Assembly: GCA_963575745.1 (NCBI GenBank)
Contig: CAUYUJ010000142.1
Coordinates: 1-64,000 of the forward strand
DNA from: Prorocentrum cordatum
Taxonomy: Eukaryota
DNA length: 64,000 bases
Direction: 5' to 3'
Shown here: piece after piece, positions 48,501-61,455 of the stretch
How the letters are laid out: the number at the start of each line of letters is the position of its first letter
How positions within the stretch are numbered: the stretch's first letter is position 1
The notes under the pieces: model-generated
The model's input: the letters and a program-made list of their open reading frames with translations, nothing else
Told to the model about the DNA's origin: nothing
Databases searched by the model: none
Made by a program: the position numbers and the translations under genes

Positions 48501-51500
48501 CGAATGGTTGAATTTCGAGAACAAAATTTTCAACCGACCAAAAGTCAGCAAAAGGTCCGTCGAGATTTGTCTTGCCAACTAGCTCTCCAGCGCCCCGGAA
48601 TTACTCTTAAGCTTCCAGAAACAACTTGCTAAGGGAAGCTCTACGAGTTACTAGCTCACCAGCGCGTCCGAACTGGGCGCCGGCGGTAAACCGTCAACCT
48701 TGGTTACCGCCGGGAGACTCCTAGAGCTTCCTTGCCACATACCATCTCCGATTAGTTTTTCAGCCCAAGCGATTTCAGAGCTCTCGATGCAACAGCCGAA
48801 CGCCCCTCATGCTTCTGGATCGTTCTCTGTGCGCACGAGCTCCGTAGCTCCTACAGCCCGAGTTACGTGCGAAAATCGGCAGCACCTCTCAAGATGACTC
48901 GAACAATACAAACAGTTTCGCGAATCTAGCTCAGTATCAGACCGATTTCAGACCTCTGAATGCAAGAGGCGGACGCGTCTGATATCTCCGAATCGATTCC
49001 TGTGATTAACAGCCCTGCAGCCCCCTCACTGCCCGAGTTAAGTGCAGAAAACCGACTGCACCTCTGAAGATGACTCGAACAGTACGAATAGTTTCGCGGA
49101 CCTAGCTCGGGCAGCGGACCGAGTTCAGAGCTCTGAATGCGACAGGGGAACGCGACGGACGTCTCCGAATCGATTCCAGTGATTCGCAGCCCTGCAGCTA
49201 CCCTACAGCTCAAGTTAAGTGCAGAAAACAGACAGCACCTCTCAAGATGACTCGTAGAATACGAATAGTTTGCGGACCCAGCTCGGGCAGCACACCGAAT
49301 TCTGAGCTCTGGATTTGGCAGGCGGACGCGCCTGATGTCTCCGAATCGATTCCTGTGACTGTGAGCCCTGTAGCCCCCTACAGCCCGAGCTAAGTGCAGA
49401 AAACTGACAGCACCTCTCAAGATGATTCGAACAATACGAATAGTTTCGCAAACCTAGCTCGCGCAGCAGACCGAGTTCAGACCTCTAGATGAACAGACGA
49501 ACGCGCCTGATGATTCGCAATCGATTTCTGTGAGAATGAGCTCTCTAGCTGCCCTACAGCTCGAGTTAAGTACATAAAACCGAGAGCGTCTGTCAAGATG
49601 ATTCGAATAATACGAATAGGTTTGCGGACCTAGCTCAGCTAGCAGACCGAGTTCAGCCCTCTAGATTGAATAGGCGAACGCGCCTGATCATTCTGAGTCG
49701 ATTAGCTGTGCTTACCAGCTCTGTAGCTGTCCTAAAGCTCGAGTTATGTTCAGATAACCGTCATCGCGTGTCAAGATGACTCGAAACAGCCGATCCCGCC
49801 GCGACGCTTTTTTTGCAGAAATATTTACCCTATCGAGCTGAGATTAAGAAGGCGAGCGGGAATAAGATCGAACATGGTCAGAAAAAAATGCAAAACCACC
49901 GAAACTGGGCGCCGGCGGTAAACCGTCAACCTTGGTTACCGCCGGGAGACTCGTAGAGCTTCCTAGCTCGACTGAAGTTGAGAAAACCGACAGCACCTAC
50001 CAACATTCCGACTCATAGTGAATATTGTTTGACCTCTCAATGCGACAGGCGGACGCGTCTGATGTCTGCGAATCGACTCCTGTCATTACCAGCGCTGGAG
50101 CCCCCCTACAGCCCGAGTTAAGTGCAGAAAACCGACAGCACCTCTCAGGATGACTCGAACAATACAGTAGTTTCGCAGACCTAATTCGGGCAGCACACCG
50201 AGTTCCGAGCTCTGGATTCGACAGGCGGACGCGCCTGATGTCTTGAAATCGATTCCTGTGACCACCAGCACTGTAGCCCCCCTCAGCGCGAGTTGAGTGA
50301 AGAAAACCGAGAGCACTTCTCAAGATGACTCAACCAATACGAATAGTTTCGCGATTCTAGATCGGGCAGCAGACCGAGTTCAGAGCTCTCGATTCGACAG
50401 ACAAACGCAACTGATGATTCTGAATCAGTTTCTGTAAATATCAGCTCTGTAGCTGTCCTACAGCTCGAGTTAAGTACATAAAACCGAGAGTACCTCTCAA
50501 GATGACTCAATAATACGAATAGGTTTGCGGACCTAGCTCGGCTAACAGACCGAGTTCAGACCTCTGGATTCAACAGGCGAACGCGCCTAATCATTCTACA
50601 TCGATTAGCTGTGCTTACCAGCTCTGTAGCTGTCCTAAAGCTCGAGTTATGCAGAAAACTCAGCGCGTATCAAGATGCGAAACGGCCGATCCCGCCACAA
50701 CTTCCCGCCACAGTGCTTTTCGATAGTAATATTCCCCCGATCGAGCTGAGATCAAGATGGCGAGCGGGAATAAGATCGAATATCACGGGAAAAATACTGG
50801 AGCTCTAACGAATTGTTGAATTTCGAGAACAAAATTTTCAACCGACCAAAAGTCAGCAAAAGGTCCGTCGAGATCTTCTCGCCAACTAGCTCTCCAGCGC
50901 CCCGGAATTACTCTTAAGCTTCCAGCAACAACTTGCTAAGGGAAGCTCTACGAGTTATTACTCTTCAGCTTCCAGCAACTAGCTTAGGGAAGCTCTACGA
51001 GTCACGAGTTATCTTCTCTGGAGAGGGCTGGGGGGCTCCCTGAAGCGCTTCGGAAGCGCTGCCAGGATCGCTTCCACGCGTGTCTGCACGAATGCAGGCA
51101 CGCGTGGACGCGTGCCGGAAGCGCCCCCGGACCCGCTGCGACCCCACACGAACTGCTGCGAGGATTCTGGAGCGGCGGAGATGGGCTGCTGGCGGGCACC
51201 ACCACCGCCCGGCTTCTACTCTAAAACCCTCTAGCTCTCAGAGAGCTCTCCGGGAACTTTGGGCCGGTTGGGCGAGCATTCCCGGGGAGCTCTCTGAGAG
51301 CTGGAGGGTTTTAGATTCGAAGCCGGACGGTGGTGGTGCCCGCCAGCAGCCCGTCTCCGCCGGTCCAGAATCTCGCAGCGGTCCGCCTGGGCCAGCAGCG
51401 GGTTTGGGAGCGCTTCCAGGATGCGTCCACGCGAACCTGCGCGCGCGCGGGCACGCATGAAGGCGTTCCTGGCAGCGCTTCAGAAGCGCTTCTGGGGAGC

Positions 51501-51926
51501 CCCCCGGAGCTCTCCAGGGAAGATGCCCCGTCCCAGAGGTTCTTTGCTCTCCGGGTTTTTCCCGGAGAGCTCTCTGAGAGCTAGAGGGTTTTTCCCAGAT
51601 AGCTCTCTGAGAGCTAGAGGGTTTTGGATTAGAAGCTGGACGGTGGTGTGCCTGCCAGCAGCCCATCTCCGCCGGTCCAGGATCCTCGCAGGGGCTTGTA
51701 AAATCTTGCAGCCCGTCCGGGAGAGCTTCGGGCAAGCGTCCACGCGTGCCTGCACGCGTGCAAGCTTGCGCGGTAGCGTTCCTGGCCGCGCTTCAGAAGC
51801 GCTGCATGGGGAGCTTCCCAGAGCCCCAGAAGAGCTTCACGAGAGCGTCCAAGGGCTCGCCGGGAAAGTTTTCCGATATGCGTTTCTTTTGCTCTCTGGT
51901 CTCTCCGGGTTTTGGACGCTGCCAAG

Positions 51927-52977
51927 TGACTCGTAGAGCTTCCCTAAGCTAGCAGCTGGAAGCTTAAGAGTAATTCGGACGCACTGGCGGGCTAGTTGGG
52001 TCGAAAAATCTCGACGGAACTTTTGCTGACTTTTGCTCAGTTGAAAATTATGTTCTCAAAATTTGAACATTCGTTAGAGGTCTAGTATTTTTTCCCGTGA
52101 TATTCAAACTTATTCCCGCTCGCCATCTTGATCTCAGCTCGATCGGGCACCTTTTACTGCCAAAAAGCACTGTGGCGGGATCGGCCGTTTCGGGTCATCT
52201 TGACACGCGATGACGGTTTTCTGAACATAACTCGACTATAGGACAGCTACAGAGCTCATACTTACAGAAACGGCTTCAGAAACATCAGGCGCGCTTGTCT
52301 GTTGAATCCAGAGCTCTGAACTCGGGCTGCTGCCCGAGCTAGGTTCGCGAAACTATTCGTATTGTTGAGTCATCTTGAGAGGTGCTGTCAGTTTGTTGTA
52401 CTTAACTCGGGCTATAGGGCGGCTACAGGGCTGGTAATTACAGGATTCGATTCAGAGACGCGCCCGCCTGTCCAATCGAGAGCTCGGAACTCGGTCTCCT
52501 GCCCGAGCTAGGTCCGCGAAACTATTCGTGTTGTTCGAGTCATCTTGAGAGATGCTGTCGGTTTTCTGCACTGAACTCGGGCTGTGGGGGGGCTACAAGG
52601 CTGGTAATCGCAGAAATCGATTCGGAGACATCAGGCGCGTCCGCCTGTCGAACCCAGAGCTCGGAACTCGGTCTGCTGCCCGAGCTAGGTCCGCGAAACT
52701 ATTCTTATTGTTCGAGTCATCCTCAGAAACGCTGTCGGTTTGCTGCACTCAACTCGGGCTGTAGGGGGGCTACAGGGCTGGTAATCACAGGAATCGATTT
52801 GAAGACATCAGGCGCGTCCGCCTGTCGCATTCAGAGGTCTGAACTGGGTCTGAGTGAAATCGCTCGGGCTGAAAAACTATTCGTTCTCTGCAGTTTTTTT
52901 CGACATTATATATGGTCAGGAAGCTCTACGAGTCCCCCGGCGGCAACAAAGGTTGACGGTTTACCGCCGGCGCCCAG
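51927..52977 (+). mobile_element. Complete family-A HINE-like element in the opposite orientation
   Basis: tgactcgtagagcttccc ... ggaagctctacgagtc, followed by the hairpin ccggcggcaacaaaggttgacggtttaccgccggcgcccag. Confidence 0.88.
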
Positions 52978-55466
52978 TAGATTAGAAGCCGGCCGGTGGT
53001 GGTGCCCGCCAGAAGCCCGTCTCCGCCGCTCTACGATCCCCGCAGCGAGCTGCCGGTGCCGGCAGCGGGTTCGGGAGCGCTTCCAGCACCCATCCACGGG
53101 GGCCTGCAAACGTGCAGGCACGCGTGGAAGCGTTCCCAGCAGCGCTTCAGCAGCGCTTCGGGGGAGCTCCCCAGGAGCTCTCCAGGGAAAATTTTCCGGT
53201 CCAGAGGTTCTTCGCTCTCCGGGTTTTTACCTCGTAGAGCTCTTCGTCATAGATGAGCTAGGGGAATTCCGGCGCAGCGTGGAGCTACTTGGTCCACCTG
53301 GCCAGAAAAGAAAATGTGTAACTGTGGTCGGTTCTGCTAAGATTTGAAAGATATGACAATTTATTTCAAGAAAGCAAAATTTTCGCACGTGTAGTGGTTA
53401 TGGCGTGTCTGCCACTCAAATTCTCAGGTCCGTAGATGCAGTATAATTATTAAAGCACTTGGGGGGACTGTGTAACTCGTAGAGCTTCCCTTAGCTAGTT
53501 GCTGGAAGCTTAACGGTCGAGCTGTCTCTCCCAATATAATTGGCGCCGGCGGTAAACCGTCAACCTTGTCACCGCCAGGAACCTCGTAGGGCTCCTTTCA
53601 CGCGTGAGAGTGCTCAGAGTCGAAAGAGAGAGCTTCTGGAGGCATTTCTCGAAGAAGACAAGATTGTTTTTTGTCATGTCGATGTGAAGTTCGTTCCGCC
53701 AATTGTTTTGACAGTGAAAATGCGCCTACAGAGCTCATATTGAGACAGAGAGGCGCTAATACTCGTTTACAGGTGCGCGAAATCTGCTTTCTCAAAATAA
53801 ATGGAAAAATATCTTTCAAATATTTGCAAAATCACCCAAACTGGCGCCGGCGGTAAACCGTCAACCTGGTCACCGCCGGAACCTCGTAGAGCTCCTTGCA
53901 CGCGTAAGAGTGCTCAGATTCAAAGCAGACAGCTTCTCAGACCATTTCTAGAAAAACGTCATATTTGGATTTCTCGGTGATGTCGGTTCCTCTAAATGTT
54001 TGGATGGTAAAACTCTCTCGAACGAGCTGACCTGCTCGCAGAAAAGAGTTAAGATACTAATGCTCGGAGTAAAAATCTGCTTTCTTAGAATGAATTGTCA
54101 AATATCCTTAATTTTTCGCAAAGCCACCCAAAAGTTACCACTTTGTCCTTTCTGGCCGGGTCGGCCAACTGGCGCCGGCGGCGAACCGTCAACCTAGTCA
54201 CCGCCGGGAACCTCGTAGAGCTCCTTACACTGGTAAGAGTGCTGAGAATCGAAGTAGAGTCAAAAAAAAAATCGGGAATCTTCATTTTCGATTTTTTGGA
54301 TGTTCATATTCGCTCAGTCCGGGAAAGTCAACTCTCAAGAAAAAGCATCGGCAGAGCTGAGCTGCTGTCAGAGAGGAGTTCATATGCCAATGCTCGGCGT
54401 AAAAATCTGCTTTCTCAAAATGAATGGTCAAATATCTTTCAAATCTGCGCAAACCCGACCCAGGGTCACCACTTTGTCCTTTCTGGTCGGGTCGACCAAC
54501 TAGCTCCACCCCGCGCCGGAATTCCTCTAGCTCATCGATAACGAAGAGCTCCACGAGGTAAGTTACCACTTCGTCCTTTATGGCCGGGTGGTCCAACTAG
54601 CTCCACCCCGCGCCAGAATTCCTCTTGCTCATCGATGCCGAAGAGCTCTACGAGGTACACTGGCGCCGGCGGTGAACCGTCAACCTGGTCACCGCCGGGA
54701 ACCTCGTAGAGCTCCTTGCACGCGTAAGAGTGCTCAGCATCAAAAGAGAAGGCTTCTGGAAGCATTTCTCGAAAAGAGAAAACATGTTTTTTTCTTGTCG
54801 ACATAAAGTTGGTTGCGCCAAGTGTTTTGACAATAAAAATGCATCTAGAGAGCTCATATTAAGACGCTGAGGCCCTCATAGTCGTCTACAGGTGCGAAAA
54901 ATCTGCTTTCTCAAAATAAATGGTCAAATATCTTTCAAATATTCGCAAAACCACCCAAAAGTTGCCACTTTGTCCGTCGGGGCCAGGTCGGCCAACTGGC
55001 GCCGGCGGTGAACCGTCAACCTGGTCATCGCCGGGAACCTCGTAGAGCTCCTTGCACGCGTAAGAGTGCTCAGCATCAAAAGAGAGGGCTTCTGGAAGCA
55101 TTTCTCGAAAAGAGAAAACATGATTTTTTTCAGGTCGACATAAAGTTGGTTTCGCCGAGTGTTTCGATAGTGAAAGTGCACCTAGAGAGCTCATATTAAG
55201 ACACAGAGGCCCTCATAGTCGTCAACAGGTGCGAAAAATCTGCTTTCTCAAAATAAATGGTCAAATATCTTTCACATATTCGCAAAACCACCCAAAAGTT
55301 GCCACGTTGTCCGCCCCAGCCGGGTGGTCCAACTAGCTCCACCCCGCGCCGGAATTCCTCTAGCTCATCGATGCCGAAGAGCTCTACGAGGTACTAGCTC
55401 CACCCCGCGCCCGAATTCCTCTAGCTCATCGATGCCGAAGAGCTCTACGAGGTATTCGTGGCCTCC

Positions 55467-57170
55467 ACTTGGTGGCGCCCAAAACCCGGAGAGCGAAGAG
55501 ACCCTTCGGGAACGGGAGATCTTTCCTGGAGGGCTCTGGGAAGCTCCCCTGCAGCGCTGCTGAAGCGCTACCAGAAACGCTTCCATGCGTGCCTGCACGC
55601 TTGCAGGCACGCGCGGAAGCTTGCCGGAAGCTCTCCCGGACCAGCTGCCGGCTCAAACGAACTCCTGCGAGGATTCTGGAGCGACGGAAAAGAGCTCCTG
55701 GCGGGCACCACCACCGTCCGGCTTCTAATCGTAAACCCTTTAGCTCTCCGCGAGCTCTCCGGGAATTTCCGCGTTACCGTTGCACTGGCGCAGCCCGTGC
55801 CGTCAGACTGACTCCTCCCAGCGCTCTCCATCATAAGTGTTCACGTTTCCAAGTTCGCGGAGAGCTCTCTGAGAGCTAGAGGGTTTTAGATTAGACGCCG
55901 GACGGTGGCGGCGCCGCCGGGGCTTGTAAAACCTCGCAGCCCGTCCGGGGGAGCTTCCGGCAAGCGCCCACGCGCGCCCGCACGCGCGCAGGCACGCGCG
56001 GAAGCGTTCCTGGCAGGGCTTCGGAAGCGCTGCAGGTGAGCCCCCAGAGCTCCAGAAGAGCTTCACGAGAGAGTCCAAAAGCTCGCCAGGAAAGCTTTTC
56101 GGTCTGCGTTGCTTTCGCAATCCAGTCTCTCCGGGTTGTGGACGCTACGAAGTACCACGTAGAGCTCTTCGACATCGACGAGCTAAAAGAATTCGGGCGC
56201 GGGGTGGAGCAAGCTGCTTCCCGGAAAGCTTTCTGATAGCTAGATGGTTTTCGATTAGAAGCTGGACGGTGGTGGTGCCCGCCAGCAGCCCACCTTCGCT
56301 TGTCCACGATCCTCGCAGGGCCTCGCCTGAGCCGGCAGCGCGTCCGGGAGAGCTTCTGGCAAGAGTGCACGCGTGCAGGCACGCGTGCAGGCACGCGTGG
56401 AAGCTTTCCCGGCAGCGCTTCAGAGGCGCTGCAGGGGGGCCCCCAGAGCCCAAGAACACTTCATGAGGGCGTCGGAGGGCTCGAAAGCTTTCCGGCGAGT
56501 GCCCTCTTTTCCCGGGTCTTTCCCGGAGAGCTCTCTGAGACCTAGAGGGTTTTAGATTAGAAGCCGGACGTTGGTGGCGCCCACCAGCAGCCCATCTCCG
56601 CCGCTTAGAATTCTCGCAGCGCCTCGCCCGTCCCGGCAGCGGGTCCGGGTAAGTTTCTGGCAAGCGTCCATGCGTGCCCGCACGCGTGCAGGCACGCGTG
56701 GAGACGTTCCCGGTAGCTTTTCAGGAGCGCGGCAGGCCGGGAAGCGCTTCACAGGAGAGTCCGAGGGCTCGACAGGAAAGTTTTCGAGTGTGTGCTGCGT
56801 GTTCTCTTTGCTCTCTGGGAAACTCGTAGAGCTTCCCTTAGCAAGTTCCCAGAGAGCTCTCTGAGAGCTGGAGGGTTGAAAATTAGAAGCCGGGCGGTGG
56901 TGGTGCCCGCCAGCAGCCCATCTCCGCCGCTCCACGATCCCCGCAGCGACCTGTAAAACGTCGCAGCGGGTCCGGGGGAGTTTCCGGCAAGCGTGAACGC
57001 GTGCCTGCACGCGTGCAGGCACGCGTGGAAGCGTTCCTGGCAGCGCTTCAGAGACGCTGCACCGGAGCCCCCCAGAGCGCCAGAAGCGCTTCACGGGAGC
57101 GTCGGACGGCTCGCCAGGAAAGCTTTCTCGCGTGTGTCCTCTTTGCTCTCCGGGTTTGGACGCTACCAGG
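55467..57170. repeat. Family-C GC-rich interspersed repeat cluster (also at 33830-34160, 51000-51926, 52980-53230 and 63057-63640)
   Basis: Shared blocks gcacgcgtgcaggcacgcgtggaagc, ggtggtggtgcccgccagcagccc and gagagctctctgagagctagaggg, and the end motif ctctccgggttttggacgctaccaag. Confidence 0.85.
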
Positions 57171-57671
57171 TAACTCGTAGAGCTTCCATTAGCAAGTTGT
57201 TGCTGGAATCTTAAGAGTAATAACTCGTAGAGCTTCCCTCGGCAAGTTGTTGCTGGAAGCTTAAGAGTAATAACTCGTAGAGATTCCCTGAGCAAGTTAT
57301 AAGATGTGGAGCTTCCTTAGCTAGTTGCGGGAAGCTTAAGGGAAATTCCGGCGCGCTGGAGAGCTAGTACCTCGTAGAGCTCTTCGGCATCGATGAGGTA
57401 GAGGAATTTCGGCGCGGGGTGCAGCTAGTACCTCGTAGAGCTCTTCGGCATCGATGAGCTAGAGGAATTCCGGCGCGGGGTGCAGCTAGTAACTCGTAGA
57501 GCTTCCCTTAGCAAGTTGTTGCTGGAAGCTTAAGAGTAATACCGGCGCGCTGGAGAGCTAGTTCGCAAGAAAAATCTCGACGGACCCTGCGCTGACTTTT
57601 GGTCGGTTGAAACTTGGTTGGGTGTTGGGGTCGGCTACACAGGGCGCGTGCGCCCTAGCCGTGCAGAGTCC

Positions 57672-60600
57672 CTAGGGTCCCTCACGCCCTCTCAACCTCT
57701 TTGGGGTTGGAGGCCCGATGATCTCAGAGATAATCTGCCGAACACCTTGGAGCAGGCGTTCACAAGCTGTGAGCTCGCTATCTGTAACAGTGGCCCCCAG
57801 AGGGAGTAAAGAAGCCTCCTGGAAAACTCGTCGCCAGTGGTTGTCCCCAAATGAGACCTCCACATAGCAACCTAGAGCAGAGCCTTCAACACTCACGCCA
57901 CCGTCCCATCCTCCACGGATACGTTTGATACAATGTCTCTGTTGTCGCAAATATCTGAAGTCAATCCATCTTCCCGTCCTTCCCCTCCTCGCCTCCCAAG
58001 TCAACTCATCCGCAACACAATTGAACTCTCTGTAGATATGCTTCCACGGATCCGTCCCTACAGTGGCACACCTGATGTCGTAATCCTCAGCAAGTTGATT
58101 CATATCGTTTTGTAGACCATGCACTCTCCTGCGGTACGAACGATCACGGCATTCCCAGATCCCTCGGGCCCAGTTCACCACACACATACTATCACCAGTC
58201 ATTTCAACCAACAATGAGCCCTCCGAGCCCTCCTGCCAGACAGTTTCGTTGTTATATCCGTGGGCAATACTACGAGCGAGCCTGTCGGAGTCCTCAGGGG
58301 AGCCCCACGTATCCACAGGACAAGGAGCACAGGGCGGTTTCCTGAAGATGGGCTCCCATCGAGGCTGTATTTTTGTCACGCACGCAACTACATTCCACCA
58401 GTCCGTCGCATTCCACTTGATGCTGAACCAGCGTAAATTACCACTCGCCGCCAGCATAAGACAATGCCAGCTGTCAGTGCTTGCATGCGCTCTCCCTCCC
58501 ACTCTCCTCGTACCTTCCCTCCTCCTGGCTCCCGTGAACATGGATACAAGTGTGTCCCTCCGTAGTGACCATTCCCCCGCACAGTGTAACATGGCCTGAG
58601 GCGTCTGGCGCCAGGCTCGTGCTCCACGCATGTCCGTGGAGGCGAAGGCCCGATCATGAAACTGGGCCAGCTCCAACGCAAACTCGAAATTGGCTCGGAC
58701 CACCTTCTCTAGGAGACTGCAGTGGCCAGCCTGCAAGAATAGCTCGTAGGACTTCGGTGTGGTCCTGTCCCTGAACTCCTCCCACGTCTCCTCCTCCCTC
58801 TTGTGTAATCCTCGCATACCGTTGAGACACCTCCCCTCCCAGACCTTAATCCTCTCCAGCAGTCGTAGATTGCACGGCCAGCCTATACATCCGTGGCACA
58901 CCACAGACTGCACACGAGCGGCATACCTGCGAAACTTCTCTTTGAGTGAGACCGATCCGGAGCGATAAAACTGGATGTCAGCAAAATAGGCCTTCCTCCC
59001 TTTCTCCAGTCGATGATACAAGCCGTGATAACCTTTGATTTCCGAACTGAGCTTCACTCCTAGTACCTCCACCTCCTCCTTCCTCGGCATTACGACAGTC
59101 GAGCGCAAGTGCTCTGGGAGATCCTCATCTCCAGAAATCGCACAGATGGCTGGCGAGAGCGGGCAGAGCAGCGGCGGATCGCCACATGTGTACGTCTGGC
59201 CAAAAAGTACATACGCCAAAGAATCCTCCTTCCAGTCCATCCCTGCCCGTCTGAGTGTTACCGTCATCATACCGATCATCTGTTGTAGCTGGAGTTGCGA
59301 TGCAGCACAGAGCGTAACATTGTCCGCCCACAAGAAGTGGTGTACAAGAGCACCGTCCGTCCCCTCCCCTTCCAGTCGGACACCGTATCCTAAGGTATCC
59401 CAAGTCTGAATCACAGATCCCCAGATGGCCTCCAAGACAATATTGAAAAGTATAGGTCCCTCCTTACCTCCCGTTCGGACCGATTTATTGTATCTCACCT
59501 CATCGCCGCACACGTTCTGAAACTCAAAGGTAGCAATGTTATCCAGCATGGGCTCCACAATGGCTCTAATGAGGCACACAGGGTACTTAAGGTACAGCAT
59601 GGCCTTGATGATAGTGCGCAGTGTGACATTATCGAATGCTTTGTGTATGTCCAAGACTCCCACGTGCATAGACTCCGCCTTCCCCCACACATTTGCATGT
59701 CTAGTAAGATGTGATAGTGGTGCCGTGACGTTAGTAACCTTCTGATCCTTCTCAAATCCGTATGTGCACAACCGTCGGTTCACAGGAAATGCATCAATAA
59801 ACTGCAACACACATGCCATGTACCATTTACTCATCACACTGATCAGGCAAATCCCTCTGGTGTTGGAGAGTCGTGTAGCATCCCGCATCTTCGGCACAAG
59901 TTGGATACTGAGCTGCCTCCACGTCTCAGGGCTGGAGGCTCCCTGCTCGAAAATCCTCTGGAAAGCACGCCGCACAAACAAGAGGCTCCTCCACGGCAAC
60001 TCACGAATGACCTCAGCAACGACTCCATCGCTACCGGGTGCCGTGCCAGGCTTCAAAGACGCACGAGCCTGCATGAGCATGCCCATCGTGATGACTCTTC
60101 CCTCCACCCCACGGTCGTTGTGTCTGAGTTCCTGAAAGGCCTCCAAAGTCCGTTTTTCCTCCTCCGAGTTCGTGTAAGACGCCGTCGCATACCTAGTGAT
60201 CTCCGTACTCCACCTAGTCCTGTCCATTGTCAGCACACCCTCACACTCCAGCTCCTTGAGGATACACCGTGAGGTCTTACTGGATCCCTTGTGGTCCTGC
60301 AGGAGTTGGTTCCTCCTATGCTGTCTCCTAAGGGTCTTCCTCCTACGCAGCAGTTGTTTACGGGCATTCCCAAGGGCCCCACGCCTGATGGCAGACTCCA
60401 CCTCTATGAGCTCCCTGGGCCTCTGAATAGGTTTGCAGTTGGGGCGCCCCTTGGCGTGGTCCACAAGCTTTGCCGTCTCCAAGAGTACCCGTCCGACCTG
60501 CTGCAGGTCCGCCCCTACCGTGTCCGATGCAAGCCCCTCAATCGACACATCCGCAAGCACACGAAACATGTTCCTCGCCGCGTCATCCGTCGGCTGCCAG

Positions 60601-61455
60601 CCTACCATGGACACAGGGCGGGGCGGCAAACACTGGGCGCCTGATCTCCGTAGTCTTGAGATTTACCCAGACCAGAGCGTGATCACTATAGGCACTGGCT
60701 TTTGCACGTATACCTGGCGTAGCTTTGATGGGTTCCACAAACTGGACCTGGCATCTCATTTCCTGGTGAGCTCTTGCCTCATCCGCGCACCAACGTGTAG
60801 GGATGAGTATATAGTCAAGCACACGCTGCACATGTGTGGAACAGTACGGTATATGTGTGATACGTCGATCTCCATATGTGTTCGCCGCACAGATCCCCCA
60901 AGTACTCATGAACCTCATAAGCATGTCCCTCCTCTCTGCATGGTAGTTCGCCTCCTCCCTCCTCCCGTCCACCTGCATAAGACCTCCTCCCGTCATTCCC
61001 AGCATATCTGGTTCAAGTTCCGTCTGAGCATCCATCCCCACCCATGGTATGACTCCAGCCTGTGTAGTTTGAAACATAGTAACACTGCACTTAGTAAGTA
61101 CATCTAAGTATTCCCCCAAGTGGTCAACATCACGCATCACGCATGGTAGATACACTGATGTAACTAGAGCACCCCTGAATTCGACACACGCAAATCGTAC
61201 CCCACTCCGTCGTGCAATCACATGTGGTGCCCAATCCCTGCACCATGCAACCGCCGCCTTGGAGCAGGAGCTATAGTGAATCTCCCATCCACATCTGTTA
61301 AAAGTATTTGCACTGGTATGCTCACACTCTTGCAGACACACCATTTGAATTGACCTGGCTTCACATGCAGCGACCAGGTTGGGTACTTGACCGTCGGATA
61401 TTTTCTGCACATTCCAGGTTGCGACAACGGTCTCTGTCGCAGCCCTACCGCCCCG
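57672..61455 (-). pseudogene. LINE-C ORF2 (APE-RT-RNase H), one frameshift near 60600-60640
   Basis: APE motifs: VATWNV, CLQE, SVYLP, GMDAQ, LDY, SDH. RT motifs: APGSDG, LDIHKAFDNV, SVRTGG, WADN. RNase H motifs: GDS, REFNCVAD, WDGG, TDSE. Confidence 0.92.

Larger units (their letters stand above)
43410..57617. mobile_element. Second nested field of HINE-like elements (families A, B, C; both orientations)
   Basis: Same termini and 176-bp units. Near-identical copies start at 45841, 46824 and 49905. A family-B cluster lies at 53540-55450. Confidence 0.8.

Noticed and set aside
27000..57600. Many short ORFs recurring in the repeat field
   Set aside because: Stops and frames are not conserved between copies; the recurrence reflects DNA repetition.
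22570..60640. Programmed frameshifting within ORF2
   Set aside because: Frameshift positions differ in every copy, which fits decay or sequencing error.
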